A DNA stretch of 17,169 bases from Candidatus Undinarchaeales archaeon (GTDB lineage Archaea; SpSt-1190; JASMDC01): positions 1 through 17,169 of the forward strand of contig JASMDC010000060.1 in assembly GCA_030753015.1 (NCBI GenBank). Direction: 5' to 3'. This document shows, in pieces, positions 8,101 to 16,084 of the stretch. Under the pieces are notes generated by a model. The model saw only the letters and a list, made by a program, of their open reading frames with translations. It did not search any database and was not told the DNA's origin. The position numbers and the translations under genes are program-made. The first letter of the stretch is position 1; the number at the start of each line of letters is the position of its first letter.

Positions 8101-11100
8101 GTTGCCGAGGCGGCGCGGGTGATCGGGCCGCTCGTAGCATCGATCGTGGCAGAGACCGCCGCTGACGTGGAGTCAGTGACCTTTGCACGGCTGTCCGACG
8201 CCCTTCTCCGTACTGAGGACGGCGTCCCTCTGGCCACGCTCGACGACGTCCATACTTCCGTGGCCGCCCGCCTCGGGCACGACGTTGCTGACGGTCTATA
8301 TGAGCTTGGCCTCAAGCTACTGGCCGAGGATCCTGAGACCGTGCTCTCCGGTATCGATCCGCCCCTCTCACCCGGTGACAGGGCATGGATTATCGGGACC
8401 GAACCGGACCCGGCCATGTGGGACGCCCGGCTCGGTGCCGACATCGCCCGTCAGCTCCGCCACGCCCTCATCCGCTCGGCACGGGACATTCTTCTCTCCG
8501 AGGGCCTAGTGGTGCTGGAAAAGTACGGGATGTCGTCCCTCCACGAGGCGATGATAGCTGACGCCGCCGGTGACCTCCTGCGTCAGGAGCGCCTTCTCGC
8601 CTCCTCGCGCGACGTGCTCCTCAGGCTGATCGTGCAGGACAATGCACAGGACACGGTCCACAACGCGCGCTACCGATTGGGGGACGGCTCGCTCAAGGAG
8701 CTGCGGATGCTGGGAGCCCGGACCATCGCCGTCGAGGGAGAGGGCGTGCTCACGTCCGCCGGTATGCGGCGACTGGCCACGGCCGCTGATGGATTCGGTT
8801 CGCGCGAGCTCGCAGAAGCGCTGGAGAGCGAGCCCTTGACGGTAGTGCCCCGGATCCGAGTGTACTTTGGGGACACGGTCGCCGACAGGATCGAGGAGAT
8901 GCTTGTAACGACGGATGCCGCCACTCTTGCCGCCCGTGTGCGCTCCAGCGGTCTGGAGGGTCTTGGCAACACAGATCTCACCCAGACCACGGTCGCTGTC
9001 GCTGCGCGAAGGCTCGTATCCCAGGGCCTAGCATCCGATGATCCTGCTACTGCCCTGGGCGAGCTGTCCGACGACCTTGCATACGCAGGCATCCGCAGGG
9101 CCGCATCCCTAGGCCCCGATGCAGCAGGACCGCTCACCGCTCGCGCAGTTCGCACGATCGGTGACGATGAATCTCCTGATGATGACATCGCGGTCCTCCG
9201 AGAGGAGCTCAAGGACGCCCAGACCACACGGATGATGCGCATGCTCGCCGAGGATCTCGGGCCCGAGGGCTTCTATCGACTTGTTGCCGATCCTTTGGAG
9301 CTCGAACAGCGAATGAAAAGGCTTGCTGCCCGTCGCCGGCTGGAGGTAATCATCGACCGGCTCACCGCGGGCAATGGGCTCGATGCCCTCGTCGATGCCT
9401 TCAGCGGGCCACTCATGTCACAGGAACGACTTGTGATGCTGGGCCGATCTTACCAGCGCCAAGTGTTCATACGAGCTCAGAAGCTTGCCCCCGAGGGGGC
9501 TCCCACTGACGACGTATGGGCCAACGCGGCTTCGCTCGTGCGCACTGTGTTCACGACAGAAGTTGAGGAGCGGTACATGCAAGACGCGGTGCGTAACACA
9601 CAGAACATCATCAGCGCACGGATCGCCCGTGACCTGGACATCAACGAGCAGGCAGTGAAGGATATCGTCAGGACGCGGATGAAGGCCACAGGTGCCACCG
9701 CTCTGTTCGGCGAGCGGCTCGGTGACGTGGTCTCGAGGGTGTTCGACGACGAGTTCTACGACCTGCCGTCATCCTACATCGAGGACGCTAATCGTCTGGC
9801 AGAGGAGATCGAGCTCGCGGCCCGACGCCAGGCCGAGGAGATGGCGCTCGCTGGGCTGACCGGCTCATCGGACCGCCCAAACACGCTCGCGTTCTCGAAA
9901 GCGGCCCTCATAGATTCCCTTGTGATCGCCCGCAAGCCACAGATCATCTCCGGACTGGCCAGTCCTCTCTACATAGAGGGAAGCCGGAACGCCTTTGGCG
10001 TTGACTGGACACAGGGATTCTTCACGTACATGGCCTCCCTGTGGCGCATCCCTGGATCGAATCCGCCCCAACGTTTCGCTGACAGCTTCGTCGACCGGTT
10101 ACCGGACGCGACCAGCAGGGTATGCCGGGATGAGGGATGGGAGCATATCGTCGTCCGATGCACCGATCCGGCCACATGTGGTCCCGAGGCTGTCCGTGCA
10201 GGGACGCCCGAGGCAAGGCTCCCGGAACCGCCCCTGCAGACCGTCGAGCTGCTGCGCCAGGCATCGCGCTCACCTGCTACCTGCCAGGACGAGTGCGCAG
10301 GTGGCAACGAGCTCATCTATACCAATGGGACCTGCCCGTCCTTCCGACATCTGAACCGGAAGGACCACCTCGACTACATTGCTGTATCGTTGGCCAACCG
10401 CCGTAAGTACCTCGAACGACTGCGCACGACATTGGAGGGGCTGGCCGACGCCACCGAGCGCCGATGTGACGCATGCAAGAACGCCCTCGACGGGCTGGAG
10501 AGCGTCTACGGCGACTGCGTGTTCGCCCTCGACGAGGACATCTGGGATGCCCTTCTCCGCGCTGGCCAGGCACCTCCCTCTCGGGACAAGACGCCCATCA
10601 TCGGTGATTTCCTGGCCACACGACAGGGGAGCGAGCTGCGTGCCGGATTCGCTGACGAACTTGACTACGTGGGCGCTGTCCGCCTCTGCACCGAGCTGTG
10701 CACCTACTGGTCCGCCCAGAATGCGATAGGTGAGAGCTATCTTGAGGGAAGGCTCAAGAACTGTCCGCTCCTAACCATGTCAGCCACTTGCGCAGGTGAC
10801 ATTGCCGTACCGGCGGGGAACGAAGCCGACACCGCCGGTGTGGTGGCCGAACCCTCGGGCATCGCTACCTGCGTCAAGGACGTGCTCGCCACCAAGGAGT
10901 CGTGCACCCTCCTGGGCCTGCGGTTGTTCACCGGAAAGGGCTCGCGGGTGGAGGGGGAGATCGAAGTGGACGATACTGGCTCGGACGATCCTTGCGAGGC
11001 GGCCCGACCCCTCCGTAGGCTCGTGTCCTTCCTTGACGACTACCTCCCTCATCTCGAATCGCTCCGTGGGAACGTTACTGGCTACCTGAAGGGTGCACGC

Positions 11101-14100
11101 TGTCTGGACGAGGCCTCGCTCCCCGAACGTGGCGAATGCCCGTCATGTATCGACGGCGGGACGTACTGCAACGAGTTGCTCGACGCATCGATCCACGATG
11201 CCCTGGCCGAGCTCATGACAGTGACCGGCTTCGGACTCCCCCCCATGGACCAGCGTACGTTCGTCACCCGCCTCACCCAGCTGGTGATGGCGACGGCCGG
11301 CGACCTCAATCCTTCCTACCGCCGGGCTGTTGCCCGCAGCTACCGGGCAAAGGAGGATACCTACCTCGTGTTCGATGAGGGCACGGGTCATGGCCCGACG
11401 GAAGCGCACCCCATGAACGTGAGTTTGTGGTGGGACGTGGTCCACGAACCGTCTGCCGTTGTACGGAACAAGATCCCCTTCACGCTATCACCACGGCTGG
11501 ACGTGACCGCGGCGACCGATCGCGGCCTCGACAATCTCTGCGAATGCCCTGGAGGATGCTTCCTCGCACAGGTCCACCCACGATGGGCGGATAGGCGATG
11601 CAGCGATAGTTCAGACCTGGACACCGATGCGAACTTCTATGACGACGTGTTCCCCGCAGGTACCACCCTCCACGTCAAGCAACGCTTCGAGAACGGAGCC
11701 TTCGTCACCGACTCCCGGGTTCTGGATGATCCCGTGGACGAGGATGCAGACTGCGGCGAGCTCGCATCGAACCAGATCTTCCCCACGTCGGATAACTACT
11801 ACATGGGCTCCGGCGACCTGTCAGGCGATGGCAATGGCGCCCCCCCCGGGAACAAGCGGCTCGTGAACTCCCTCCTGGGCAATGAATGGCGCACGGTCCT
11901 TCTCGAGGGGCTTGCCCGCGACCTGGGGCTCGACACCGTCGTTCCCTGCGCCCCGGCCTGTGGCAGAATACCTGGAACGGTCTCCGAGCAGGGCGCGTTC
12001 CCGCGCTGCGTGCGATGCGAGAACGGTGTATGCGACCTGGAGACCAACTACCCCTTCCATACAGCTGCGGACGCACGCCAGTTCCTGATCAACGCTGCCT
12101 ACCCGTCATCCGTGCCACTGCTCTGCTCAGCCACGCGTACCGCGGGCGACGCTGCTGCTGACGAGGCGACCGACCTCAAGGACCACTTGCGCGAGCTGGG
12201 GGCGCTCTCTGCCGTCTGGCTAAACCGCCTCTTCCCAGTGGACCCATCGTGCTTCGACCTCAGGACCGGTGAGCGCACGGGTGCGGAACGGGTGCAGGAT
12301 TGCCAGGAGGCGTGCCTGGCGCACAAACCGCCGGAGGCGGCCGATGAACTTCTCTACGGCTACTGCCGCGCTGTCGTCAGGGACGAGAGCGTCACGGGAG
12401 TATGCCACTGCGCCACCATCTCCGATCCGCTGGGAACGCCCGTCTCCCGGCCCGAGCCCAGTACGAGGGACGCCTTCCCCATGACCTGCCGTCTTCCCAA
12501 GGAGGCCGCACACTACCGTGAGCTCGCGGAGTGCTGTGTCCGAGACCATGGGTGCTCGGACCTCATCTCCTTCTACAACGGTGATCCTGACGCCTTCGGA
12601 TGTGCTTGCACCACTGGCAACATAGCCCTTGACGCCTACCAGTGCATCGGGACGGCCGAACCGCGTCTGGTTCTCGAAGAGGCGTACTTCAAGGTCGGGG
12701 GCAGTCCATCGCGCACGCATGCTTTCCGGGGCGAACGTGTGCGATCGTGCGTGGTGCTCACAAATGAGGGAGGGGCCACATTCAGGGGTCCGATCGTCGT
12801 GGAGCCGCTGGACACGGGCGGCGTGCCAGCATGGACCCGGCCCGATGGCTGTGACCGGCCTCCGTCCTGCACGCTCATGGGCACCCTGCGCCTCTCGACC
12901 GCGATGCCGGCCGCATCGCTGGCCCTTCCCGGGGGCCGCGTGCTGGAGCTCGAGCTCGCTGGCATCGATGCGGACTGTACCGTGCACCTGACCACCCGGC
13001 TCGCCGCCGAGGGCGTCGTCACAGAGGTGGTCATACCCGCCCATGCAGACGACCTCTGTTCGATCGCGACCATCACGGACGAGGTGCTGGTGGCGGCAAC
13101 TGTCCCGGGGACGGTCTGTGACGAGGCGACGGCCCTGGTCCAGATCCGTGTGCAGGTCCAGACACATCGCGGTCGGTGCGCCATCACCAACAACTGCGAC
13201 GGTGCTCCACCTCTCGACCTGGTCGCCACACGGCCTGCAGGCCCATGTGCACACACTGCAGCACCTTTCACAGTCCAGCCAGGAGAGAACATAGCTGTAT
13301 GCTCGGCTCCAGTGGTCGTGACCGAGACCCTCCTAGGTACTGGCCAGGCCGGCGAGCTCTCCGCACGTATATCTGCCTGGCACGATGACCGTGCTGTGCT
13401 GAGCAATCTCACCACCCGGTCCTACCTCCCGCTCCGCAGGGGTCATCCCGGTGTTGAATGGATCGCTATCGGGGGGGACGTGACCGGTGACGAGACGTTC
13501 CCCGGCTCCGCTGTCGGTGTGCGTGCCACGCTTGCCAACAACCTCGACGAACCCTTCTCAGGTGTCCTGCGCCTGACCATCACCGACGACCTCGGCAACA
13601 CCCTCCTCACAGAGACAAGGGACGTGCCGCCGATACCCGTAAGGGATGTCGTGACCGTCTCGACCACGACAACGAACATCGAGCCAGAGGATGTCGGCAG
13701 AAAGCTGCGGGCGGGGCTCACCCTCTGGGACGCCGTTGGCGTGAAGCGCTACGATCTCACGCCCGACCACACATACCCCCGAGCCTCCGTGGTTGTGGCG
13801 ATGCCGCGCCTGACCGTCGAGGACGGCTTCTTCCGGGAACCCGACGGGGATACACGGCTCTCGACCGCACGCACCTGCGACAACGTCAGAGCGCTCGTTG
13901 AACTGTCGAACCCAAGCCCGCTCGGTTTCGCCGGACGGTTGGCCCTCTCGGTGTACCATGTGGAGTCCAATGACCTACTGGCTACGGCCGTGGACAACGC
14001 TTTCCGGCTCCCGTCAGGGGCACGCACCTCAGCTCTCCTCACGTCACTGGAGCTCGTGGTTCCGTCACTGGGGACCTACCTCATCCACGTCAACCTCACG

Positions 14101-14457
14101 GACCGCAATGGTGTCCGCTGGCACGAGGGGAACGTGGACGTGGCCGACCATCCCTCGGCACGGCTGCGCGTTCGCGAGGACGGCCCGTCCTGCGATCTCC
14201 CACCGTCCTCCATACAGGCCCCTGCGGCCATCGATGTGTCCTGTCCGAAGGGTGCCCGCACACGCCAGCTCCAGTTCTCCTACTGCACTGGCGGTGGATG
14301 CCTCACACGAAAGAACGGCGCTGATGGTTGCTATATGCTCGTTCTGTGCGACGGCTGCCCTGAAGAGTTCGTTCCACAGGTCGCGACCCGGACAGACGGC
14401 TCCTGCCAGCTCGCGAACGCGCCATGCTGTGAGGACTGTCGTATCCAAGTGCGGTAG
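5113..14457 (+). CDS. Giant (3114 aa) secreted Cys-rich multidomain protein of unknown function
   Basis: The 9.3-kb ORF is uninterrupted. It begins with the signal peptide/anchor MGLERVRTRIALTLFFVLTALSTG. Residues ~65-874 are Cys-rich, residues 875-1670 form a Cys-free helical core, and Cys-rich sequence then resumes. Three CARDB/Ig-like units start at 12661, 13447 and 13804, followed by a Cys-rich C-terminal cap with no C-terminal TM helix. Confidence 0.92.
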   Translation: MGLERVRTRIALTLFFVLTALSTGLPFLPGLAGPAGAPLVPALPGMPGFMDFMGPFLPPYVEMACLGEYYTECQDIWNCVEALHESDPDVNLWLTATIGFKQDMRLVIPDELPLTTEQAAYAMFGLVVPNPIPVSRTSVDDMARYYVLTRCNAVKAIRDPFCAQFRDRFGERSSLVVPSCLMPLQFNDAPTGLRPCDTYVSREGTTLCDCMAAAGGDKSMCTGFKSLCSYAVVKQNALTDPGLASAADTAAEAVAAGDDLAFCRDNPLCARSWPDTSAVDEGDLATWAGRTCARELNYFALKTLTLTPTGAEHEDLTARLFGPCTGDKKQDCLANRTWLSGDFLLQSFTSNLYALSRSPLVKCREPALRMIDTQNCGACWSETLSCYENVLGKQVPRSREEQLTSGLVDGLLRQRFGTLHTFLDMGTAAGELGMSLAGWGDPISAADFSSRVFYGAFCISLCRMKGSSATGDAASGDASADWMRAWGNDDEVAGLMVGHSSYNARSGEAAEVYLNLMFGPEFASLKNGYWLLDPKKVAQCPAYLRAQMALPQPSADGLSGQTSAGNYPWRVVISRTAWVACPHNLKLPATGSSDEYFIYDAKDRLCKTGVFKDRTDRCYFSGKKPTGTAWRKGGLLDGAIGLVSGTLFDSYDESAFKPRILQPITVNPGDVREHVFGVVLNCTGPMDEPVVATYAGAPKVKWVYDVSNDAFRPRHVWQLCKGDSCEETRYVHDLREIPTLMDEEEYTLPRRMGLLYDCARWFDKERGVCLRVEHYGVDELVKPQVTTHLELRGCDRSGIRCDQSEEQRLEHVPLLMFGTVAGRHYPFVRPLEAKEQPLERGPLTHVFDPEMMLDMVYDKEDFPFYRSTGGDQECINLYTGGYNREGTGKLAGHLLGLASDPTNPFGLAGMLTSTLDPSSSDLSGYFARSDVPAGDLLRSVADNLQDSMSTVMRMQGTLNLLGPQSATFGENLSAEGREMASSLGGARAHNEMVDEGVAEAARVIGPLVASIVAETAADVESVTFARLSDALLRTEDGVPLATLDDVHTSVAARLGHDVADGLYELGLKLLAEDPETVLSGIDPPLSPGDRAWIIGTEPDPAMWDARLGADIARQLRHALIRSARDILLSEGLVVLEKYGMSSLHEAMIADAAGDLLRQERLLASSRDVLLRLIVQDNAQDTVHNARYRLGDGSLKELRMLGARTIAVEGEGVLTSAGMRRLATAADGFGSRELAEALESEPLTVVPRIRVYFGDTVADRIEEMLVTTDAATLAARVRSSGLEGLGNTDLTQTTVAVAARRLVSQGLASDDPATALGELSDDLAYAGIRRAASLGPDAAGPLTARAVRTIGDDESPDDDIAVLREELKDAQTTRMMRMLAEDLGPEGFYRLVADPLELEQRMKRLAARRRLEVIIDRLTAGNGLDALVDAFSGPLMSQERLVMLGRSYQRQVFIRAQKLAPEGAPTDDVWANAASLVRTVFTTEVEERYMQDAVRNTQNIISARIARDLDINEQAVKDIVRTRMKATGATALFGERLGDVVSRVFDDEFYDLPSSYIEDANRLAEEIELAARRQAEEMALAGLTGSSDRPNTLAFSKAALIDSLVIARKPQIISGLASPLYIEGSRNAFGVDWTQGFFTYMASLWRIPGSNPPQRFADSFVDRLPDATSRVCRDEGWEHIVVRCTDPATCGPEAVRAGTPEARLPEPPLQTVELLRQASRSPATCQDECAGGNELIYTNGTCPSFRHLNRKDHLDYIAVSLANRRKYLERLRTTLEGLADATERRCDACKNALDGLESVYGDCVFALDEDIWDALLRAGQAPPSRDKTPIIGDFLATRQGSELRAGFADELDYVGAVRLCTELCTYWSAQNAIGESYLEGRLKNCPLLTMSATCAGDIAVPAGNEADTAGVVAEPSGIATCVKDVLATKESCTLLGLRLFTGKGSRVEGEIEVDDTGSDDPCEAARPLRRLVSFLDDYLPHLESLRGNVTGYLKGARCLDEASLPERGECPSCIDGGTYCNELLDASIHDALAELMTVTGFGLPPMDQRTFVTRLTQLVMATAGDLNPSYRRAVARSYRAKEDTYLVFDEGTGHGPTEAHPMNVSLWWDVVHEPSAVVRNKIPFTLSPRLDVTAATDRGLDNLCECPGGCFLAQVHPRWADRRCSDSSDLDTDANFYDDVFPAGTTLHVKQRFENGAFVTDSRVLDDPVDEDADCGELASNQIFPTSDNYYMGSGDLSGDGNGAPPGNKRLVNSLLGNEWRTVLLEGLARDLGLDTVVPCAPACGRIPGTVSEQGAFPRCVRCENGVCDLETNYPFHTAADARQFLINAAYPSSVPLLCSATRTAGDAAADEATDLKDHLRELGALSAVWLNRLFPVDPSCFDLRTGERTGAERVQDCQEACLAHKPPEAADELLYGYCRAVVRDESVTGVCHCATISDPLGTPVSRPEPSTRDAFPMTCRLPKEAAHYRELAECCVRDHGCSDLISFYNGDPDAFGCACTTGNIALDAYQCIGTAEPRLVLEEAYFKVGGSPSRTHAFRGERVRSCVVLTNEGGATFRGPIVVEPLDTGGVPAWTRPDGCDRPPSCTLMGTLRLSTAMPAASLALPGGRVLELELAGIDADCTVHLTTRLAAEGVVTEVVIPAHADDLCSIATITDEVLVAATVPGTVCDEATALVQIRVQVQTHRGRCAITNNCDGAPPLDLVATRPAGPCAHTAAPFTVQPGENIAVCSAPVVVTETLLGTGQAGELSARISAWHDDRAVLSNLTTRSYLPLRRGHPGVEWIAIGGDVTGDETFPGSAVGVRATLANNLDEPFSGVLRLTITDDLGNTLLTETRDVPPIPVRDVVTVSTTTTNIEPEDVGRKLRAGLTLWDAVGVKRYDLTPDHTYPRASVVVAMPRLTVEDGFFREPDGDTRLSTARTCDNVRALVELSNPSPLGFAGRLALSVYHVESNDLLATAVDNAFRLPSGARTSALLTSLELVVPSLGTYLIHVNLTDRNGVRWHEGNVDVADHPSARLRVREDGPSCDLPPSSIQAPAAIDVSCPKGARTRQLQFSYCTGGGCLTRKNGADGCYMLVLCDGCPEEFVPQVATRTDGSCQLANAPCCEDCRIQVR

Positions 14458-14468
14458 TTGCGCCCAAG

Positions 14469-14483
14469 GCCAACCTTTATATC
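14469..14483 (+). promoter_or_regulatory. Putative archaeal BRE/TATA (CCAACCTTTATATC, with TTTATA at 14476-14481)
   Basis: A canonical TTTATA lies about 35 nt upstream of ATG 14516 in an AT-rich intergenic gap. Confidence 0.72.
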
Positions 14484-14515
14484 ACATCTCACATTCGTCT
14501 AAGTAGGTTTGAGAA

Positions 14516-14776
14516 ATGGCCATCACGTATCTTGAGGTCGCACAGTGGGTTGACCGGGAGCTCATCAGGAACAAGGAGATGGCCGAGCTGAAGGAGCTCC
14601 TTCTCGAGACCGCCGGGGCGATCATCGAGGTCGACTGCGGTCAGCAGCCCAGGATGAGCCCCGAGCTGTACGCCCTGGCGAGTAGCACGAACAAAGAGAT
14701 CCTCGAGGACTCCCTCATCGACGTCGAGACCGACCTCCGCAATGTGCTCAAGAAGAACGCCCAGTGCGGGGAGTAG
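14516..14776 (+). CDS. Small acidic, probably helical cytoplasmic hypothetical protein (86 aa)
   Basis: It has its own TATA-like box and strongly G/C-ending codons, and it fills the gap between the giant gene and the convergent gene. There is no signal peptide or TM helix. Confidence 0.85.
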   Translation: MAITYLEVAQWVDRELIRNKEMAELKELLLETAGAIIEVDCGQQPRMSPELYALASSTNKEILEDSLIDVETDLRNVLKKNAQCGE

Positions 14777-14785
14777 TGCCGTTCT

Positions 14786-16039
14786 TTACTTGTTCGTGTT
14801 CTCCAGCACGTGCGCTTTCGCGAAACGGTCGGTAATCACGAGGTCCTGGTCACCGTCACCGTCCATGTCGGTAAGGCGCAGGTCGCTCTTTCCGGCGAAG
14901 CTGTTATACCCGCCGACACTGCCAGCGTCGGTGAACTGGCCGTCCTGGTTCTTGAGCACGTGCGCTTTCGCGAACCTGTCGAGCACGATCAGGTCGGGAT
15001 CCCCGTCGCCGTCGATGTCAGCGATCTCCACGTCACTATGGCCTGCGAATGAGTTGTAGCCGCCCACCGAGCCGGTATCGATATACGTACCGTCCTGGTT
15101 CTCCAGGATATGCACACGGGCGAACCGGTCGGCCACCACCATGTCAATGTCACCATCGCTGTCCAGGTCCACGAGCTCCGCGTCGCTGTGGCCGGCGAAC
15201 GAGTTGTAGCCCCCGACGCTCCCGGTGTCCACGTACTTTCCATCCTGGTTCTTCAGTATGTGGGCGCGGGCGAACCGGTCGGTCATCACGGCGTCGAGGT
15301 CACCGTCGCCGTCAACGTCCGCGAGCTCGACGTCGGCATGTCCCGCCCAGCTGTTGTAACTATCGGTTGAACCGGTGTCTACGAGACGCCCTCCGCGGTT
15401 CTCAAGGACATGGGCACGGGCGAACCGGTCGGCCACCACGGCATCGAGGTCACCATCGCCGTCAACGTCACCCAGCTCCACGTCCGCATGACCGGAGAAG
15501 CTGTTGTGTCCGGCGATCGTGCCCGTCTCGATGTACGAACCGTCGCGGTTCTCAAGGACGTGCACCTTGGCGAACCGGTCGGCCACCACGAGGTCGAGGT
15601 CACCGTCCCCGTCGAGGTCCCCGAGCTCAGCGTCACCGTGGCCGGCGAAACTGTTGTAACTACCAGTGGAGCCGGCGTCCGTGTAGGTCCCGTCCTGGTT
15701 CACATGCAGATGAGTACTGGCGAAGCGGTCCGTCACGACGATGTCGGGGACACCGTCACCGTCGATGTCGCCCAGCTCCACGTCACTATGGCCCGCGAAG
15801 CTGTTGTAGCCCTCGGCCGAGGACTTCTCTTGGAACCCCTGGTACTTCACCGGGCCGGAGGGCTTGTCATCCGATGACCCGGTACAACCGGACAGGAGGA
15901 ACGCGACGCCCGCGGCCATGAGGACCGCACCTCCGACCTTCGCTCCGTCCAGGTCATCGGCCCGCGCATACCCCTCGGCAGCGTGAGCGTTGCCATAGAC
16001 AGCTCCATCGGTCGTGGTCTCGAGATCGACATCGTACAT
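14786..16039 (-). CDS. FG-GAP/VCBS-repeat seven-bladed beta-propeller lipoprotein (417 aa from ATG 16039)
   Basis: There are seven repeats, each carrying a DxDGDGxxD(L/I/A/M) Ca2+-binding motif. The hydrophobic stretch VGGAVLMAAGVAFL is followed by the lipobox LSGC (Cys codon at 15886-15884). An AGGTG SD-like motif lies 7 nt upstream of ATG 16039. Confidence 0.93.
   Translation of the reverse strand: MYDVDLETTTDGAVYGNAHAAEGYARADDLDGAKVGGAVLMAAGVAFLLSGCTGSSDDKPSGPVKYQGFQEKSSAEGYNSFAGHSDVELGDIDGDGVPDIVVTDRFASTHLHVNQDGTYTDAGSTGSYNSFAGHGDAELGDLDGDGDLDLVVADRFAKVHVLENRDGSYIETGTIAGHNSFSGHADVELGDVDGDGDLDAVVADRFARAHVLENRGGRLVDTGSTDSYNSWAGHADVELADVDGDGDLDAVMTDRFARAHILKNQDGKYVDTGSVGGYNSFAGHSDAELVDLDSDGDIDMVVADRFARVHILENQDGTYIDTGSVGGYNSFAGHSDVEIADIDGDGDPDLIVLDRFAKAHVLKNQDGQFTDAGSVGGYNSFAGKSDLRLTDMDGDGDQDLVITDRFAKAHVLENTNK
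14789..15808 (-). repeat. Seven tandem 150-bp (50-aa) repeat units without indels, the last truncated
   Basis: The YNS/HNS-coding decamers recur on the + strand at 14901, 15051, 15201, 15351, 15501, 15651 and 15801, an exact 150-nt period. Confidence 0.95.
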
Positions 16040-16084
16040 GAGCGAACACCTGTTCCTTCCAGTGCTGTCGCGCACGGCGTCCGC

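Noticed and set aside
14789-15808. 150-bp repeats as a DGR template/variable region or a recombination cassette array
   Set aside because: The differences are spread over all bases, mostly at synonymous positions rather than adenine-specific. There is no reverse transcriptase or recombinase, and the repeats are explained as propeller blades.
999-16039. An integrin alpha/beta-like pair (FG-GAP propeller plus Cys-rich type I membrane protein)
   Set aside because: I see no vWA/MIDAS (DxSxS) beta-I domain, and the Cys spacing is not I-EGF. The propeller lacks thigh/calf domains and a TM helix, so the resemblance is only an analogy.
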